A stretch of 64,000 nt of DNA from the NCBI GenBank assembly GCA_965206845.1, contig OZ242221.1, forward strand, positions 448,001 through 512,000. The letters run 5' to 3'. This document shows, in pieces, positions 1 through 10,728 of the stretch (its first letter is position 1; every line of letters begins with the position of its first letter). A model generated the notes under the pieces. That model searched no databases and was not told the origin of the DNA. It saw only the letters and a list, made by a program, of their open reading frames with translations. The translations under genes and the position numbers were made by a program. This DNA is from Cenarchaeum sp. (lineage in GTDB: Archaea > Thermoproteota > Nitrososphaeria > Nitrososphaerales > Nitrosopumilaceae).

Positions 1-767
1 AAACTGGCCGGCAGGCTTGCCGGCAAGAACATGCTCACCCTCAGAAAGCTTCGGAACTGGATACGCGGGAAACTGAACGCCAGGTACAGCCTGTGCAGCG
101 TGCGCAGGATCCTGCGCTTCCTCGGATTCTCGTCCAAGAGGTCTACCACGGGGTACGCCTCGGCAGCCGACTCCGATGCGGTAAGGCAGTGGCAGGCAGG
201 CGCCGCAGGCACGATATCTGGGGCAAAAAGGCGCAGATTTACGATCGTGGTGCAGGACGAGTCCATATTTCTCAGAACGGGGACGAACGGAAGGAAGCTG
301 TGGTCGCGCGTCGGGGATCCAGTGACTGTCAGCAGGCATGGCAGGAGGGACAGAACCATCGTGTTCGGCGCGCTTGCCGAGGACGGGACCAGGCTGATGC
401 GGCAGTATGGAAAGTTTGACGGCCCGACGTTTGTACGATACCTCAAGGAGGTGCGCCGCAAGTGGGGCAAGGTTCTCCTCGTAACGGACAACGCAAGCCA
501 GCACAAGCACAGGGATGTGCTGAAGTATCTGGAGGAGCACGACGGATTGGAGATCCTGTACCTGCCTACCGCGACACCGAAGCTCAGCGCAGTCGAGTCC
601 GTATGGAAGGATGCAAAATACAGGCTTGTCACCTCCGAACACTACGAGACGCTGGAGGACCTGACGCATGCGGTGTCAGAGTATTTCAGGACTTGTTCGA
701 TCAGGCTCGACATCTACAAATCCCTGTACCGTTGCGTGTGATGCGAAATTTTCAATGAGCGTCACTC
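1..767 (+). mobile_element. IS630-family element, 5'-truncated by the window edge; transposase ORF 31-741
   Basis: Winged-HTH segment (YSLCSVRRILRFLGFS) and DDE motifs VQDES, VTDNASQH, KLSAVESVW. A probable right end ...GAGCGTCACTC is followed by TA. Confidence 0.85.
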
Positions 768-1067
768 TAGGTCCTCCGCGGATCGCAACGAACGGGCATT
801 TTAACGAAAACAACAAGGCAGTCGGGCGGAACTCAGTAATCATATCTTCAAGTTTGCGTCAAATCGGGTTGTCTGTTCACGAAGTTATTTCCGGCAGTAT
901 AAATAAATTATACACAAATATTTGGAAAATGTGGAAGAATTGACACACGGTGGAACTTGCGTCAGATTAGCACACTTTGTGCATCTGCAGGGTGCCGCTA
1001 TGGCGCCAAGTTGCCTGAAAAGCAAGATCAAGAATGCACAAACTCGGCAGCATGGAGGCAGGTTGCA

Positions 1068-1898
1068 TTGAGGTGGAACGCCTTCATGACAGCTCGCAAC
1101 GAGGAAGATATGATAGTAGAAACAATATCTTGCATACGGAATCAGACCATTAAGCCTGACAGCATACACATACTAGACGACGGCTCCACAGACTCTACAG
1201 GCGCGTTACTTGACAGCATGGGAGATGTGATGGTAACTCACATGTTACCACATCCGCCACAGCTCGCCTCGCGCGACATCATGGAAAACCGGGATCGTCT
1301 CATGCGCATCGCGTCGACAAATGCAGACTACGTGCTGTGTATTGATGCAGACTTGCACATACCGCCGAACTACATGGAGCTCATAACAAGCAAGATGGAA
1401 TCAGACTGTGTGATGGTTGCGTGTGGTGTGGACAAGAACGAGCCACGAATAATGCCGCCGGAACCAGGTCTTGTGGTGGATGCGAGATGGCTCCATTCGC
1501 ATGATGTGCTACCTACATTCCCGGCATGTGACTTGGCGGTGCAGTCGTTAATTGACGGATACCCGTCCGCAATGTATAAGGACATATCACGCCGCAACAG
1601 GAGAAAAGTTGGCACCAATTATAACGGGGCTGTGTGGAGACGAAAGGGAGAAGTAATGCGCAGATACGGGGTGTTGCTTCCCGTTATATTATACAACTCT
1701 GCAAGATGGAGATCTTTGGATCTTCTACGGGGCTATATTTCATACAAGAAGGAGAGATCATCTGCGTCCTTCCAAAGATGGTTCAAAGATTACCACATAG
1801 AGCGTCTCAAGACAAAACTTGGATTACACTCGTGGATGTTCCGGGAAACAAATACGGCGTTGTTCCTACTACCTAAAAAGGACATACTCTCAAATTAA
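1068..1898 (+). CDS. Glycosyltransferase family 2 (paralog 1)
   Basis: ARNEE, DDGSTD and IDAD (DxD) motifs. Start set at TTG 1068 by alignment with the other two paralogs (M-x-W-x-A-F). Confidence 0.85.
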   Translation: MRWNAFMTARNEEDMIVETISCIRNQTIKPDSIHILDDGSTDSTGALLDSMGDVMVTHMLPHPPQLASRDIMENRDRLMRIASTNADYVLCIDADLHIPPNYMELITSKMESDCVMVACGVDKNEPRIMPPEPGLVVDARWLHSHDVLPTFPACDLAVQSLIDGYPSAMYKDISRRNRRKVGTNYNGAVWRRKGEVMRRYGVLLPVILYNSARWRSLDLLRGYISYKKERSSASFQRWFKDYHIERLKTKLGLHSWMFRETNTALFLLPKKDILSN

Positions 1899-2015
1899 AA
1901 TTCGTTGTGACAACTTGTAACCTAACAATCAGCTAACTCAAATGTAGGTTCACACACAGCCTGACGCTTTCCATACCGGCGACTGTCTTCTTCGCAAACG
2001 TTGTTACAGTATTGA

Positions 2016-2302
2016 TTATGACGTATTCTTGTAACTGAGCACTCTTTTAGCAAGCTCTAATTGTATATCTATACTCACACAGGCAATATCAAACAATTTG
2101 CATTGTTTTTCCAATTTCTCATCATTGGTAACAATAACTAAGTTGTGTTCTTTTGCAAACCTGACAACTTGGGGATCCGGAGATTCTTTGGATGGACAGC
2201 CTTCATCTCCAATTTTTTTGAATTTTACATTGCCATCCAGATATCGATCAAGGTCCAAGACATTTTCATGCCATGAATTTTTACAAGCAGAAACTCAATC
2301 AT
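2016..2302 (-). pseudogene. DUF5615/Mut7-C-like PIN-domain protein disrupted by a 14-bp insertion
   Basis: Removing 2270-2283 restores MIEFLLDENVLDLDRYL...DPQVVRFAKEHNLVIVTND, which matches the F-L-L-D-E-N ... V-T-x-D pattern. Confidence 0.6.
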
Positions 2303-2347
2303 CACCAGCATCCAATACATTTTATATTAAAAGGGATCGTTTGAGGG

Positions 2348-3549
2348 GGCGTTGTCCACTTCTCGCAAATCTCATTTCATTTGATACAGCTTTGAGAATG
2401 TCATATCGCTTCTGATCTTTCTCATTTGGGCGATTCATGGTGCAATCGGCCCCGCAGCGGCCCCAACGGGGACTGGTTTGGATAGTGCGACATAGCGTGT
2501 GCTGAGGCAGGTGCATGCGTCCGGCGCATGCAATTCAGCTACGACAGCAGATTGTAGCAGACACTCCTCAAGATCAGCCGGAGCCTCTGGAGCGGGAACG
2601 TTTTTGCCGCCACTATGGTGCCAAATCTGACCTTGAATGACGAGAACACAGACTCCACCAAGCTGCGCCGGTGGTACGTCCTCTCAAACTCTTCTGGGTT
2701 CTCCTTCCTCCACCTGAGCATCTCTGCCCTCGGGTTGTAGCCCTTGAGGGTATGATCCTTGCGCGGGTCGATCACGGGCCTCCTGCCGCTGTAACGGATC
2801 ATCCTGTAGTTCTCGTAGGCGTCGTATGCCGCGTCAAGCATCACGCACCCCGCGCCGCCAGGCACTCTCGCGAAGATCCGCCTGAACCAAGGCGAGTCGT
2901 GGGCCGTTCCCTTGGTAACCTCGCAGGACACGATCTTCTTGCCGCGCGCGTCTGCCAACACGTGCAGCTTGACGAACCTGCGTCTAGATATGATCCCCCT
3001 CTTGGCGTCTTGCCAGTCCTCGTACCGCATTATGGAGAACCCGCTGGAATCCCCCAGCAGGGATCCGCGCGCCGCGTCCCCCGCAAGCATGCCTACCACC
3101 CCCTGTATCTTGGCGCATTCTGCGAGCACTACGGCCGCATGGTGTAGGCACGACTTTGAGGGAACTCTTTTTAGGCCACACATGTGCAGTAAACCCTGGT
3201 GTGACTCTATGTACGAGACGTGCGAGCGGTACGAGTGGCCGCGGAACTCCTTGTCCACGAGGCATGCCAGGTACGAGATCATGCGTTTCTCGGTCGCAGA
3301 CCGGGGCTCGTAGATGTCGTTGAGTAGGGCGAGGAGGGCTTTGGCTCTGATCTGAATCCGTTTGCCTTCTCCCCTCCTTTCTCTTTCATACCTGCAATAG
3401 TATCCCTTGGGCCTAATCCACTTCGTGTTCTTGCTGCGCCTCTGATCCTTGCTGTTGTTCTTGCTGTGTTTCTTGTTCATTGGAGCTGACGCAAGATCCG
3501 TGATCTTTAAGCTTTTTGGCGTTTTTCTGTTATGGGTTTGGACAACGCC
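2348..3549 (-). mobile_element. IS5-family element; transposase ORF 2539-3480 (313 aa)
   Basis: DDE motifs GDSSG, KLHVL, LDAAYD, RRSLVESVFS. Inverted ends GGCGTTGTCCA (2348-2358) and TGGACAACGCC (3539-3549). No matching TSD. Confidence 0.85.
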
Positions 3550-4032
3550 CTTCCGGGCCGTCTCGACGAAATTCTTCTCTCTTTTGAGGGGCCTTGTGAC
3601 GGTCTCGTACCTGGTGGTCTACACGCCGCTGCTGTCAGCCCCCAGCGGGCCGGTTGCGCTGCCCGCCTCGTCCATGCACAGAGTGGCGGTCTTGGTCAGG
3701 ATCATGTCCAGCCAGTCCTGCGGAATGGTCTGGAGATGCCTGGCCAAGGTGGTGTGGTCGGAGATGGGCTCGCCGGCCCACGGCATCTTTATCACGGACA
3801 GGTCGCTCTCCATATCGCGGGAGGTCTTGTGCCATGCGACCATCAGGATGCAGATGAAGTCCAGTTTGGCTCTGGAGTGTACGGGGGGTCGGCCCCTGTT
3901 ACTCTTCTCTCGACGCGGGCATGGATTCTCCCGCACAAGATTCATTATCGTGTCAATCAGGAATGCGGTTTCGGTGCAGTGTCCCAAGTGGTAACACATC
4001 CAATAGTCCGGTCGTCGCTTGTGTTTGATCAT
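3550..4032 (-). pseudogene. Truncated IS5-family transposase
   Basis: RGRPP, DHTTLARH and GADSSGV followed by an in-frame TAG. The frame continues (TTRYETV...) until it meets the end of the neighbouring IS at 3549. Confidence 0.75.
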
Positions 4033-4174
4033 TGCCGCGTACGCGAGATCGCGATCAAAAAACGTATCAGATTAGGTGCAGCGTGGTTAGGGGGGAGTTA
4101 CGTAACAACCTCGCAACAAACAAAGGACAAATATTATGCAAAGCAGAAATATCCGGGTGGGTGTGAAAGACGGC

Positions 4175-5002
4175 ATGAAATGGGCTGCATTCCTGACACT
4201 GCGCAACGAGGAACACAACATAGATGGTGTGATGGCATCCATAATGGATCAAAGTGCCAAGCCGTCGCGCATATTGGTGTTTGATGACGGCTCGACTGAC
4301 CGCACCGGAGAGATGCTTGACGGCATGACGGGCGTGACTGTCTCGCATGGCCCGCCCCACCCGCCGCAGCACTCGCATCCCGATTTCGTTGCGAGGCGGT
4401 TCGAGCTTATGAAAGCCGCCCTGCCTGGTATGGATTACGTGGTGAGTGTGGACGCGGACGTGCGGCTTGAACCTAGATACGTAGAACGCGTTACACACAG
4501 GATGGAACTAGACGGCGCAGCAATAGCAAGCGGCGCGGATCCGAGCCACTACACGATGAGGCCCATAGAACAGGGTATGGTGATAGATGCCAAGTGGGTC
4601 AGGGGGCGGCACATGCTGCACCAGTACGCGCTCAACTTTTTGTGCGCCGAGGCTGCAGACGACGGCCGCTCGTGTGCGGTGTACCGGGACATCGCGTTTA
4701 GTACGTCTAGGACGTTTGGGGTGAATTACGGCACCAACATAAAGTGGCTGCGCGGCGCCAACCAGAGGCAGCGCGGTATGGCGTGGTACTGGGCGCTGTA
4801 TATGTTGGTGCGCGGCCGTAAATGGTCATGGTGGCGCGGTTATGTTTCCTACAGGGGGCATAAGTTGCCTGCATACCACGGAAAGTGGTGCAACGACTTC
4901 CTCATGGCACAGCAGAAGAGGAAACTAGGCCTGAAACAGGACATGATCATAGACAAGAACTCAGCTACGTACATAGTCCCAAGGAGCCAGCATGGGCGTT
5001 AA
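4175..5002 (+). CDS. Glycosyltransferase family 2 (paralog 2)
   Basis: MKWAAFLTLRNEE, DDGSTD and VDAD motifs. Confidence 0.85.
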   Translation: MKWAAFLTLRNEEHNIDGVMASIMDQSAKPSRILVFDDGSTDRTGEMLDGMTGVTVSHGPPHPPQHSHPDFVARRFELMKAALPGMDYVVSVDADVRLEPRYVERVTHRMELDGAAIASGADPSHYTMRPIEQGMVIDAKWVRGRHMLHQYALNFLCAEAADDGRSCAVYRDIAFSTSRTFGVNYGTNIKWLRGANQRQRGMAWYWALYMLVRGRKWSWWRGYVSYRGHKLPAYHGKWCNDFLMAQQKRKLGLKQDMIIDKNSATYIVPRSQHGR

Positions 5003-5870
5003 AGGATGGAACCTGCGCGACTGGGTGTATGATCACCCGAGAGTACAGGGAGCATACAGAGGACGCGGTCGGTGGCTCACCGGCCCGTTCCGGATGCTGC
5101 CAGACTTTGTGATTATCGGCGCCCAAAAGTGTGGCACTACATCCATGTATGATTTTATCACGCGCCACCAGGACGTCGCCCCGGCGCGCGTCAAAGAGGT
5201 ACACCATTTCACCTTCCACAACCGGCTAGATCGCATCAGATGGGATGGACCTGCACCAGACCAAGAAAAATTCGGCACCAACTGGTATCGCTCCAACTTC
5301 CCTACGAAGCTTTTGGGGAGCCTGCATTCCCTCCGGCACGACCGAAGGCTGATCACCGGCGAGGCGACCACGGCTTACCTTCCGTACCCGGGCGTACCCG
5401 AAAGGATGGCGCGCCTCCTGCCGGATGCCAAACTCATCGTCACGTTACGCAACCCCGTGGATCGTGCCTACTCGGCATATAACTTCCACAAATGGTACTA
5501 CGGCGATCTCAGAACGTTTGAAGACGCCATAATGCAAGACATGAACGGGACCGAGACGCGTTATACCCGAACGTATCTAGTGCACGGGCACTACGCCGAT
5601 CATCTGGAGCGATGGTTCCGACACTACCCCCGAGAGCGTTTTTTGATACTAGCCGATACGGAGATGCGCGCCGATCTTCAGGGCACGATGGACCGTGTTT
5701 GGGAGTTTTTGAAACTGCGACCGCACTCGTTCGGGCACGACACCCCGCCGGATCTCAACGTCGGCAAATACAAGCCCATGTCTGCCGACATGCGCTCGCT
5801 GCTGGAATCGTACTACGCGCCCCACGACGCGAAGCTGGTCGACCTATTGGGCGGGCACCGGTTTTGGTAG
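4992..5870 (+). CDS. PAPS-dependent sulfotransferase (Sulfotransfer_1, similar to heparan-sulfate sulfotransferase domains)
   Basis: 5'-PSB loop IIGAQKCGTTS, KEVHHF, GEATTAY and 3'-PB motif LRNPVDRAYS. Confidence 0.9.
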   Translation: MGVKGWNLRDWVYDHPRVQGAYRGRGRWLTGPFRMLPDFVIIGAQKCGTTSMYDFITRHQDVAPARVKEVHHFTFHNRLDRIRWDGPAPDQEKFGTNWYRSNFPTKLLGSLHSLRHDRRLITGEATTAYLPYPGVPERMARLLPDAKLIVTLRNPVDRAYSAYNFHKWYYGDLRTFEDAIMQDMNGTETRYTRTYLVHGHYADHLERWFRHYPRERFLILADTEMRADLQGTMDRVWEFLKLRPHSFGHDTPPDLNVGKYKPMSADMRSLLESYYAPHDAKLVDLLGGHRFW

Positions 5871-6683
5871 GATGAACATCCCCCTCCCGTCAGGGTCAGC
5901 CCTGAACATCCACGATTCTAGGCCGAGCTTAGTCCTAAGACGCTGCTTCTGGTAGAGTTTCATCCACTCGCACAGCGCCGGATCCTTTGGCGGACCCCGG
6001 TACGACAGGTATCCCCAAAGCGACATCGCGTCACGATTCCGTGCGGCTTTGAGCAACGCCCACGGAAAATATGTGCTGTACGCGCGCATCTGTCCGCCCG
6101 CCCGCACCCGATCGGCGCGCGTATAATTGGTCTTCATGGGACGCACGTGTGTTAGGGCGACGTCCAAGTATTTTATCGTGGGGTGGCCGTCCAGCACCGA
6201 ATACATGGATATCTCGTAGTCAAACGGCAACCTAGGAGTATGCTGGCGCATCCAAACCGCGTCGATCACCATGCCGGGTTCGACCGGCAGTATGCCGCCG
6301 TGGCCGTTGGTGTCAGTCCCCCCAGATACCGCTACGTTGTCGGCGGTCATGTTGGCCATGATGCGCTCCATGTAGTCAGGTGGGATCCGCGTGTCCGCAT
6401 CCACGTTGAGCACGTAGTCCACACCAGGGTGGAGAGCCGTAGCATGCATGAGATCCGTGCGCTTTTCCACGTACAATCTCGTGTGGTGTCCGGACTCGCA
6501 CGACGAGCCGTGCGAGGCGATCACGTCCGTCATGCCGTCGAGCATCTCTCCGGTGCGGTCAGTCGAGCCATCATCGTGCACGAGGAATACTTCGGGCGGG
6601 ATCGTCTGGGCCAAGATGCAGCGCACGGCATCGGTTATGTAGCGCTCTTCATTGCGCGCCATACAAAAAGCCGCCCAGCGCAT
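5844..6683 (-). CDS. Glycosyltransferase family 2 (paralog 3)
   Basis: MRWAAFCMARNEE, DDGSTD and VDAD motifs. TGATG overlap with the upstream epimerase. Confidence 0.85.
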   Translation of the reverse strand: MRWAAFCMARNEERYITDAVRCILAQTIPPEVFLVHDDGSTDRTGEMLDGMTDVIASHGSSCESGHHTRLYVEKRTDLMHATALHPGVDYVLNVDADTRIPPDYMERIMANMTADNVAVSGGTDTNGHGGILPVEPGMVIDAVWMRQHTPRLPFDYEISMYSVLDGHPTIKYLDVALTHVRPMKTNYTRADRVRAGGQMRAYSTYFPWALLKAARNRDAMSLWGYLSYRGPPKDPALCEWMKLYQKQRLRTKLGLESWMFRADPDGRGMFILPKPVPAQ

Positions 6684-7642
6684 CAGATCTCTTTCTCCTT
6701 TCCCGAACACATCTGCTGTGCTCCGGAGAATGAAAAAGTAGCAAGTATCTTTTGCACGCATTCCTCCAACGTGACCCTCGGCACCCAGTCCAAGTAGAGG
6801 CGGGTCTTTTTTACTGATGCGACATTCGCGCCGCCACCGCCGGGTTGGGGGGTGTCGTGCACGGGCTCCATGCCGGCACCGGCAATCTTAACCACTAAGC
6901 GTGCGAGATTCCCAATCGAGACCCCAGCACCGCTTCCTATATTGAAGAACCCGTACGGTATGTCAGACTTCATCGCGGCCACGTTGGCCCGGACCACGTC
7001 ATCCACGTGCACAAAATCTCGGATCTGGTTGCCGTCGCCGAATATCTTAGGCGGGGAACCACTGGCAACGGAGTGCGCCATCTTGGAGATCGCTCCGGCA
7101 TACTTGAGATCACGGCCCGATCCGGCCACATTGAAGTAGCGGAGTAAGACTATGCGGGCGCCGGCCTTGCAGTACCTTGCGGCCATCATCTCCCCCCGGT
7201 ATTTGGTCCAAGCGTACGGACTCGCCGGGTCTCGCGGGTAGGTCTCGCGGATTGGCCTCGTTGAGGTGGTGTCTCCATACACGCTGCCGCTGCTGGCAAA
7301 CACCACCCTCGTCCGCGTCTTGAGGGCGATCTTGAACACGTTATCCGTACCGGCCACATTGACCCGGTGGTAGTCGAATGCCCGTTCGAACGACTCCGGG
7401 ACGTACGCTAGCGCGGCCTGGTGGAATATGCCGTCGGATCCCCCACCCAAGTGCTTACAGATTGCGTCATAATCGGTAATGTCGGCATTTACGAATTCTA
7501 TCTTGTCGCGCACATTGTCCAAGTTCGACATCTTTCCTCTGGACAGGTCGTCTACCACTGTCACGGTGTGACTCGCTCCGCACAGGTGCTTTGCTATATG
7601 GCTCCCAATCATCCCGGCTCCGCCGGTCACCACGTAGTGCAT
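6683..7642 (-). CDS. NAD-dependent nucleotide-sugar epimerase/dehydratase (GalE-like extended SDR)
   Basis: TGGAGMIGS, ASSGSVYG, YAWTK (YxxxK), LRYFNV, RDFVHV. Confidence 0.9.
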   Translation of the reverse strand: MHYVVTGGAGMIGSHIAKHLCGASHTVTVVDDLSRGKMSNLDNVRDKIEFVNADITDYDAICKHLGGGSDGIFHQAALAYVPESFERAFDYHRVNVAGTDNVFKIALKTRTRVVFASSGSVYGDTTSTRPIRETYPRDPASPYAWTKYRGEMMAARYCKAGARIVLLRYFNVAGSGRDLKYAGAISKMAHSVASGSPPKIFGDGNQIRDFVHVDDVVRANVAAMKSDIPYGFFNIGSGAGVSIGNLARLVVKIAGAGMEPVHDTPQPGGGGANVASVKKTRLYLDWVPRVTLEECVQKILATFSFSGAQQMCSGKEKEI

Positions 7643-7732
7643 TATCTAGATTACAGTGTCCTGAAATTGATTTGCTTTCTCTGCATTGGATTAGTCTCTT
7701 GTCTGCTGGTTAATAATCATTGGTAACCATTA

Positions 7733-8866
7733 GTGTGTTGCATAATTCCCCCTGCTCGCTTAGAACATGCACGGGCCTTGCATATTTTGGACTACACCTC
7801 ACCTGCCCCCATGTCTACCAGCCTGTTGTACGTGGCCACCTTGATCCTGACTTCCTGCACCATGTTCTTCCACTTTAGCGAGTACAGGTGCTCGCCGAAC
7901 ATCCGCTTGAAGGCAGAGAACACGATCTCCACCAGCCACCTCTTGCCGTACTCGACCTTCTTTTTCCATTCCTCCCGGAAGCGCCTTTTCTCGTAGTCTG
8001 ACATTCTCCACACGTGGCTGTCAGCAGATCCGCCAAGCTGCTTCCTGACTGCGATCCCCATGCGTCGCCGATCCCTTTCCCGCGCGCCATCGAGTTTACC
8101 CTGAGCTTGATGCGTGAATCCACGCCACGATCCCCGCATGCAGTCACGCTGCTTCTGGAAGCGTAAGCAGCATCTCCGTACAGGCAGCATCCTGCGTCTG
8201 CCGGCCCGGCGGCGGAATCCTGCGTCTGACCTGTCCGCGTCGCAACCTCCAAAGCCTCGTCAAGCAGCGGAATGGGCATCGGCGAGTCTCCGGTTCTGTC
8301 GTCGGTGACCTAGACTGCCAGTATCTTCTTCGTGTCCACGTCCACCATCACGTGGAGCTTGACGAATCCTCTCCGGATCTTCCATTTGTGTCTGATCCAC
8401 TCTCTCCTGTTGTGCTGCTTTAGGCCGGTGGAGTCGACTGCGAGGCGGACCGGCACTGTCCCGCCGCCCGTGACGGTAAACACGCTGCCATTCCTTTTGA
8501 CCTCCAATGCTTGGAACCTTCTGTATATTGTGGTGTAGCAGGGCGTGTCCCAGTCACCGAGCGTCTCAATCAGCATTCCCTGCAGGTGCCCGTACGGCAG
8601 TCCTGTCATCGATTTTACCGCCGCCAGGGCCGCAAACAGTGACTCGGCGTACTGGAACGGCGCGCCCATCTTGTTCCTGTTAGCGGCCATCGCCTCCTCG
8701 CGCCTTTGCGGATCGTTCCGGATGATCAGCGCTTGGCCGCGCTTGACGTATTTCTCGTTGTCAGTCGTCACCAGTCTGCATCTGATCCACTGATCCTTAG
8801 CTTTTTCGGTCTCGGATGGAGTGTGGATATTCACGGTAATGTACTAGGAGGAATTATGCAACACAC
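7733..8866 (-). mobile_element. IS5-family element with IS903-like transposase, inactivated copy
   Basis: Perfect TIR GTGTGTTGCATAATTCC and flanking TA duplication. Near-identical to 58440-59574 but has a premature TAG at 8310-8312 and a frameshift (1134 vs 1135 bp). Confidence 0.92.
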
Positions 8867-9017
8867 TAGATAGTATGTTAACACCCACCACGTTTGGTGA
8901 GTAGACAGGGGTTAACACACTATCATAGAATCTAATTATAGAAATTGGAGAAACAGAGTCAATTTTTGGTTACGCTTACAAACGATTAATGCATGTTCGT
9001 AAAAATCTCACGCATGG

Positions 9018-10352
9018 TCAGCTGCCAAGGCCTATGGCTCTAAAGTTCATCTCCTGAAACTCTTTTGCATTCAAAACCCTTCTGGCATCTATGACGTTGC
9101 TGGTCTTCATCCGCCTTTGAAAATCCCGCGGTCTTAGGTCTTTGTACGCGTCCCAATCCGTCAAGACTATGCAGCAGTCAGAGCCCTCGAGGCACTTACC
9201 GACGGATGCGGAGTACGAGATCCTCGTGTCAAAGACTCGTTTAAAATTCTTCAACGCCATCGGGTCATGAACCCTGACCCTCAGTCCGTATTCAAGCAGC
9301 TTCTCCACCACTCTCACCGACACGGCCTCTCTTATGTCGTCGGTGTTCCTCTTGAATGCCACGCCTAGAACCGCGACTGTGTTGCCCTCTGCCAGGATAC
9401 CCTGATCCTCCATCATCTTTATTATATTCATGAACTGCCTGTCGTTTACATCCTTTACTGCCCTAAAGAGGTCAGGCGTCTTTCCAACCTCACGCGAGAG
9501 GTTTATCAGGCCCGTCAGATCCTTTGGCAGGCAGCTGCCCCCGAAACCCGGTCCTGCCTGCAGAAACAACGGACCTATGCGGGGATCCTTCCCGATCGCG
9601 CGCGCCACGGTGTCTACATCGGAGCCTGGAATTTCCTGGCAGAGCGCGGCCATTGAGTTGATAAAGCTGATCTTTGTCGCAAGAAACGCATTGTTTGCAT
9701 ACTTGATCAGTTCCGCAGTGGCAATACTGGTGTGCATGATCTCCGGCAGTGTCTCATAAAAATCCCTATAGTACCTCTCCAGGATCCGCGAACTCTGTCT
9801 TCTGTTGGAGCCTATCACGATCAAGTGCGGTTTTAGGAGGTCGGCTATAGCGAATCCCTCCCTCAAGAATTCGGGATTCACGACCACGTCCATCCTCCCC
9901 GCCCCAATCAGGTCTTTGAAGATTGGCAGGATGAGGTTTTCCGTGGTCATCGGGGGCAGGGTACTTTTTACTACCAGCAGGTGGAACGTCTCCTTGCCCT
10001 TCAAAGACAGGCAGATCCGTTCTGCGGCGTCTTTGACATGTGACAGATCTACCTCGTCACTGTTGTCCTTCTTCAGCGGCGTTCCGACGGCAAGAAATGT
10101 AATCTCCGAGTTTTGCAGGGCGTAGTCAAGATCGGCTGTAAAGCGGATCTTTTTTCTTCTCATCGAGTCCCTTAGCATCACGTTCATGTCTGGGTCAAAA
10201 AAATCCGGCCTGCACACTTTCAGGTTGTCTATCTTCTTACTGTCAATGTCGACACCGATCGTGTCAAACCCCGTTCTCGCGTTGACCGTGGCCAGCGACA
10301 GGCCCACAAAGCCCAACCCAATCACGGAGATCCTGGCCTTGCCCCTGTCCAT
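9018..10352 (-). CDS. ugd: UDP-glucose/GDP-mannose 6-dehydrogenase
   Basis: VIGLGFVG, KSTLPP, NPEFLREG, KYANNAFLA, GFGGSCLPKD. Confidence 0.93.
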   Translation of the reverse strand: MDRGKARISVIGLGFVGLSLATVNARTGFDTIGVDIDSKKIDNLKVCRPDFFDPDMNVMLRDSMRRKKIRFTADLDYALQNSEITFLAVGTPLKKDNSDEVDLSHVKDAAERICLSLKGKETFHLLVVKSTLPPMTTENLILPIFKDLIGAGRMDVVVNPEFLREGFAIADLLKPHLIVIGSNRRQSSRILERYYRDFYETLPEIMHTSIATAELIKYANNAFLATKISFINSMAALCQEIPGSDVDTVARAIGKDPRIGPLFLQAGPGFGGSCLPKDLTGLINLSREVGKTPDLFRAVKDVNDRQFMNIIKMMEDQGILAEGNTVAVLGVAFKRNTDDIREAVSVRVVEKLLEYGLRVRVHDPMALKNFKRVFDTRISYSASVGKCLEGSDCCIVLTDWDAYKDLRPRDFQRRMKTSNVIDARRVLNAKEFQEMNFRAIGLGS

Positions 10353-10728
10353 GGCTATCCTCCTCCCGTACGCCACGATCCCGCAAGAACGGGCCGGCCT
10401 TGCACGAAAAACCAGCGCAAGGACTCGTAGCCTGCCACGCGTTCTGTCGCGTGTATGATCCACCCAGCCGCGGTGCGGCCTGGCGCGGCGTAGCTGCATG
10501 CCATACAGTTGCATGCTTGCATGCATGCAGTTCCTGCGCTGCGTCTTTCTTGCAAGCCTTTGGCGTGTGGGTTTTCATGACGGCGCATTACGCCTGCCTC
10601 CGGGCATGCATGCCGTCTGCGATCCTGATCTGCCATCATCGCATCTGGTTCCTGCCTGCGCGGCAGAACCGACCCGGCAGCGCGTCTTACGTTCAGAAGA
10701 GCGGTCGTTGTCTTCCTCCTCCCCATCA

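Noticed and set aside
10353-10728. GCATGC-rich spacer between ugd and galU as a repeat element
   Set aside because: The short motifs have no regular period or defined boundaries.
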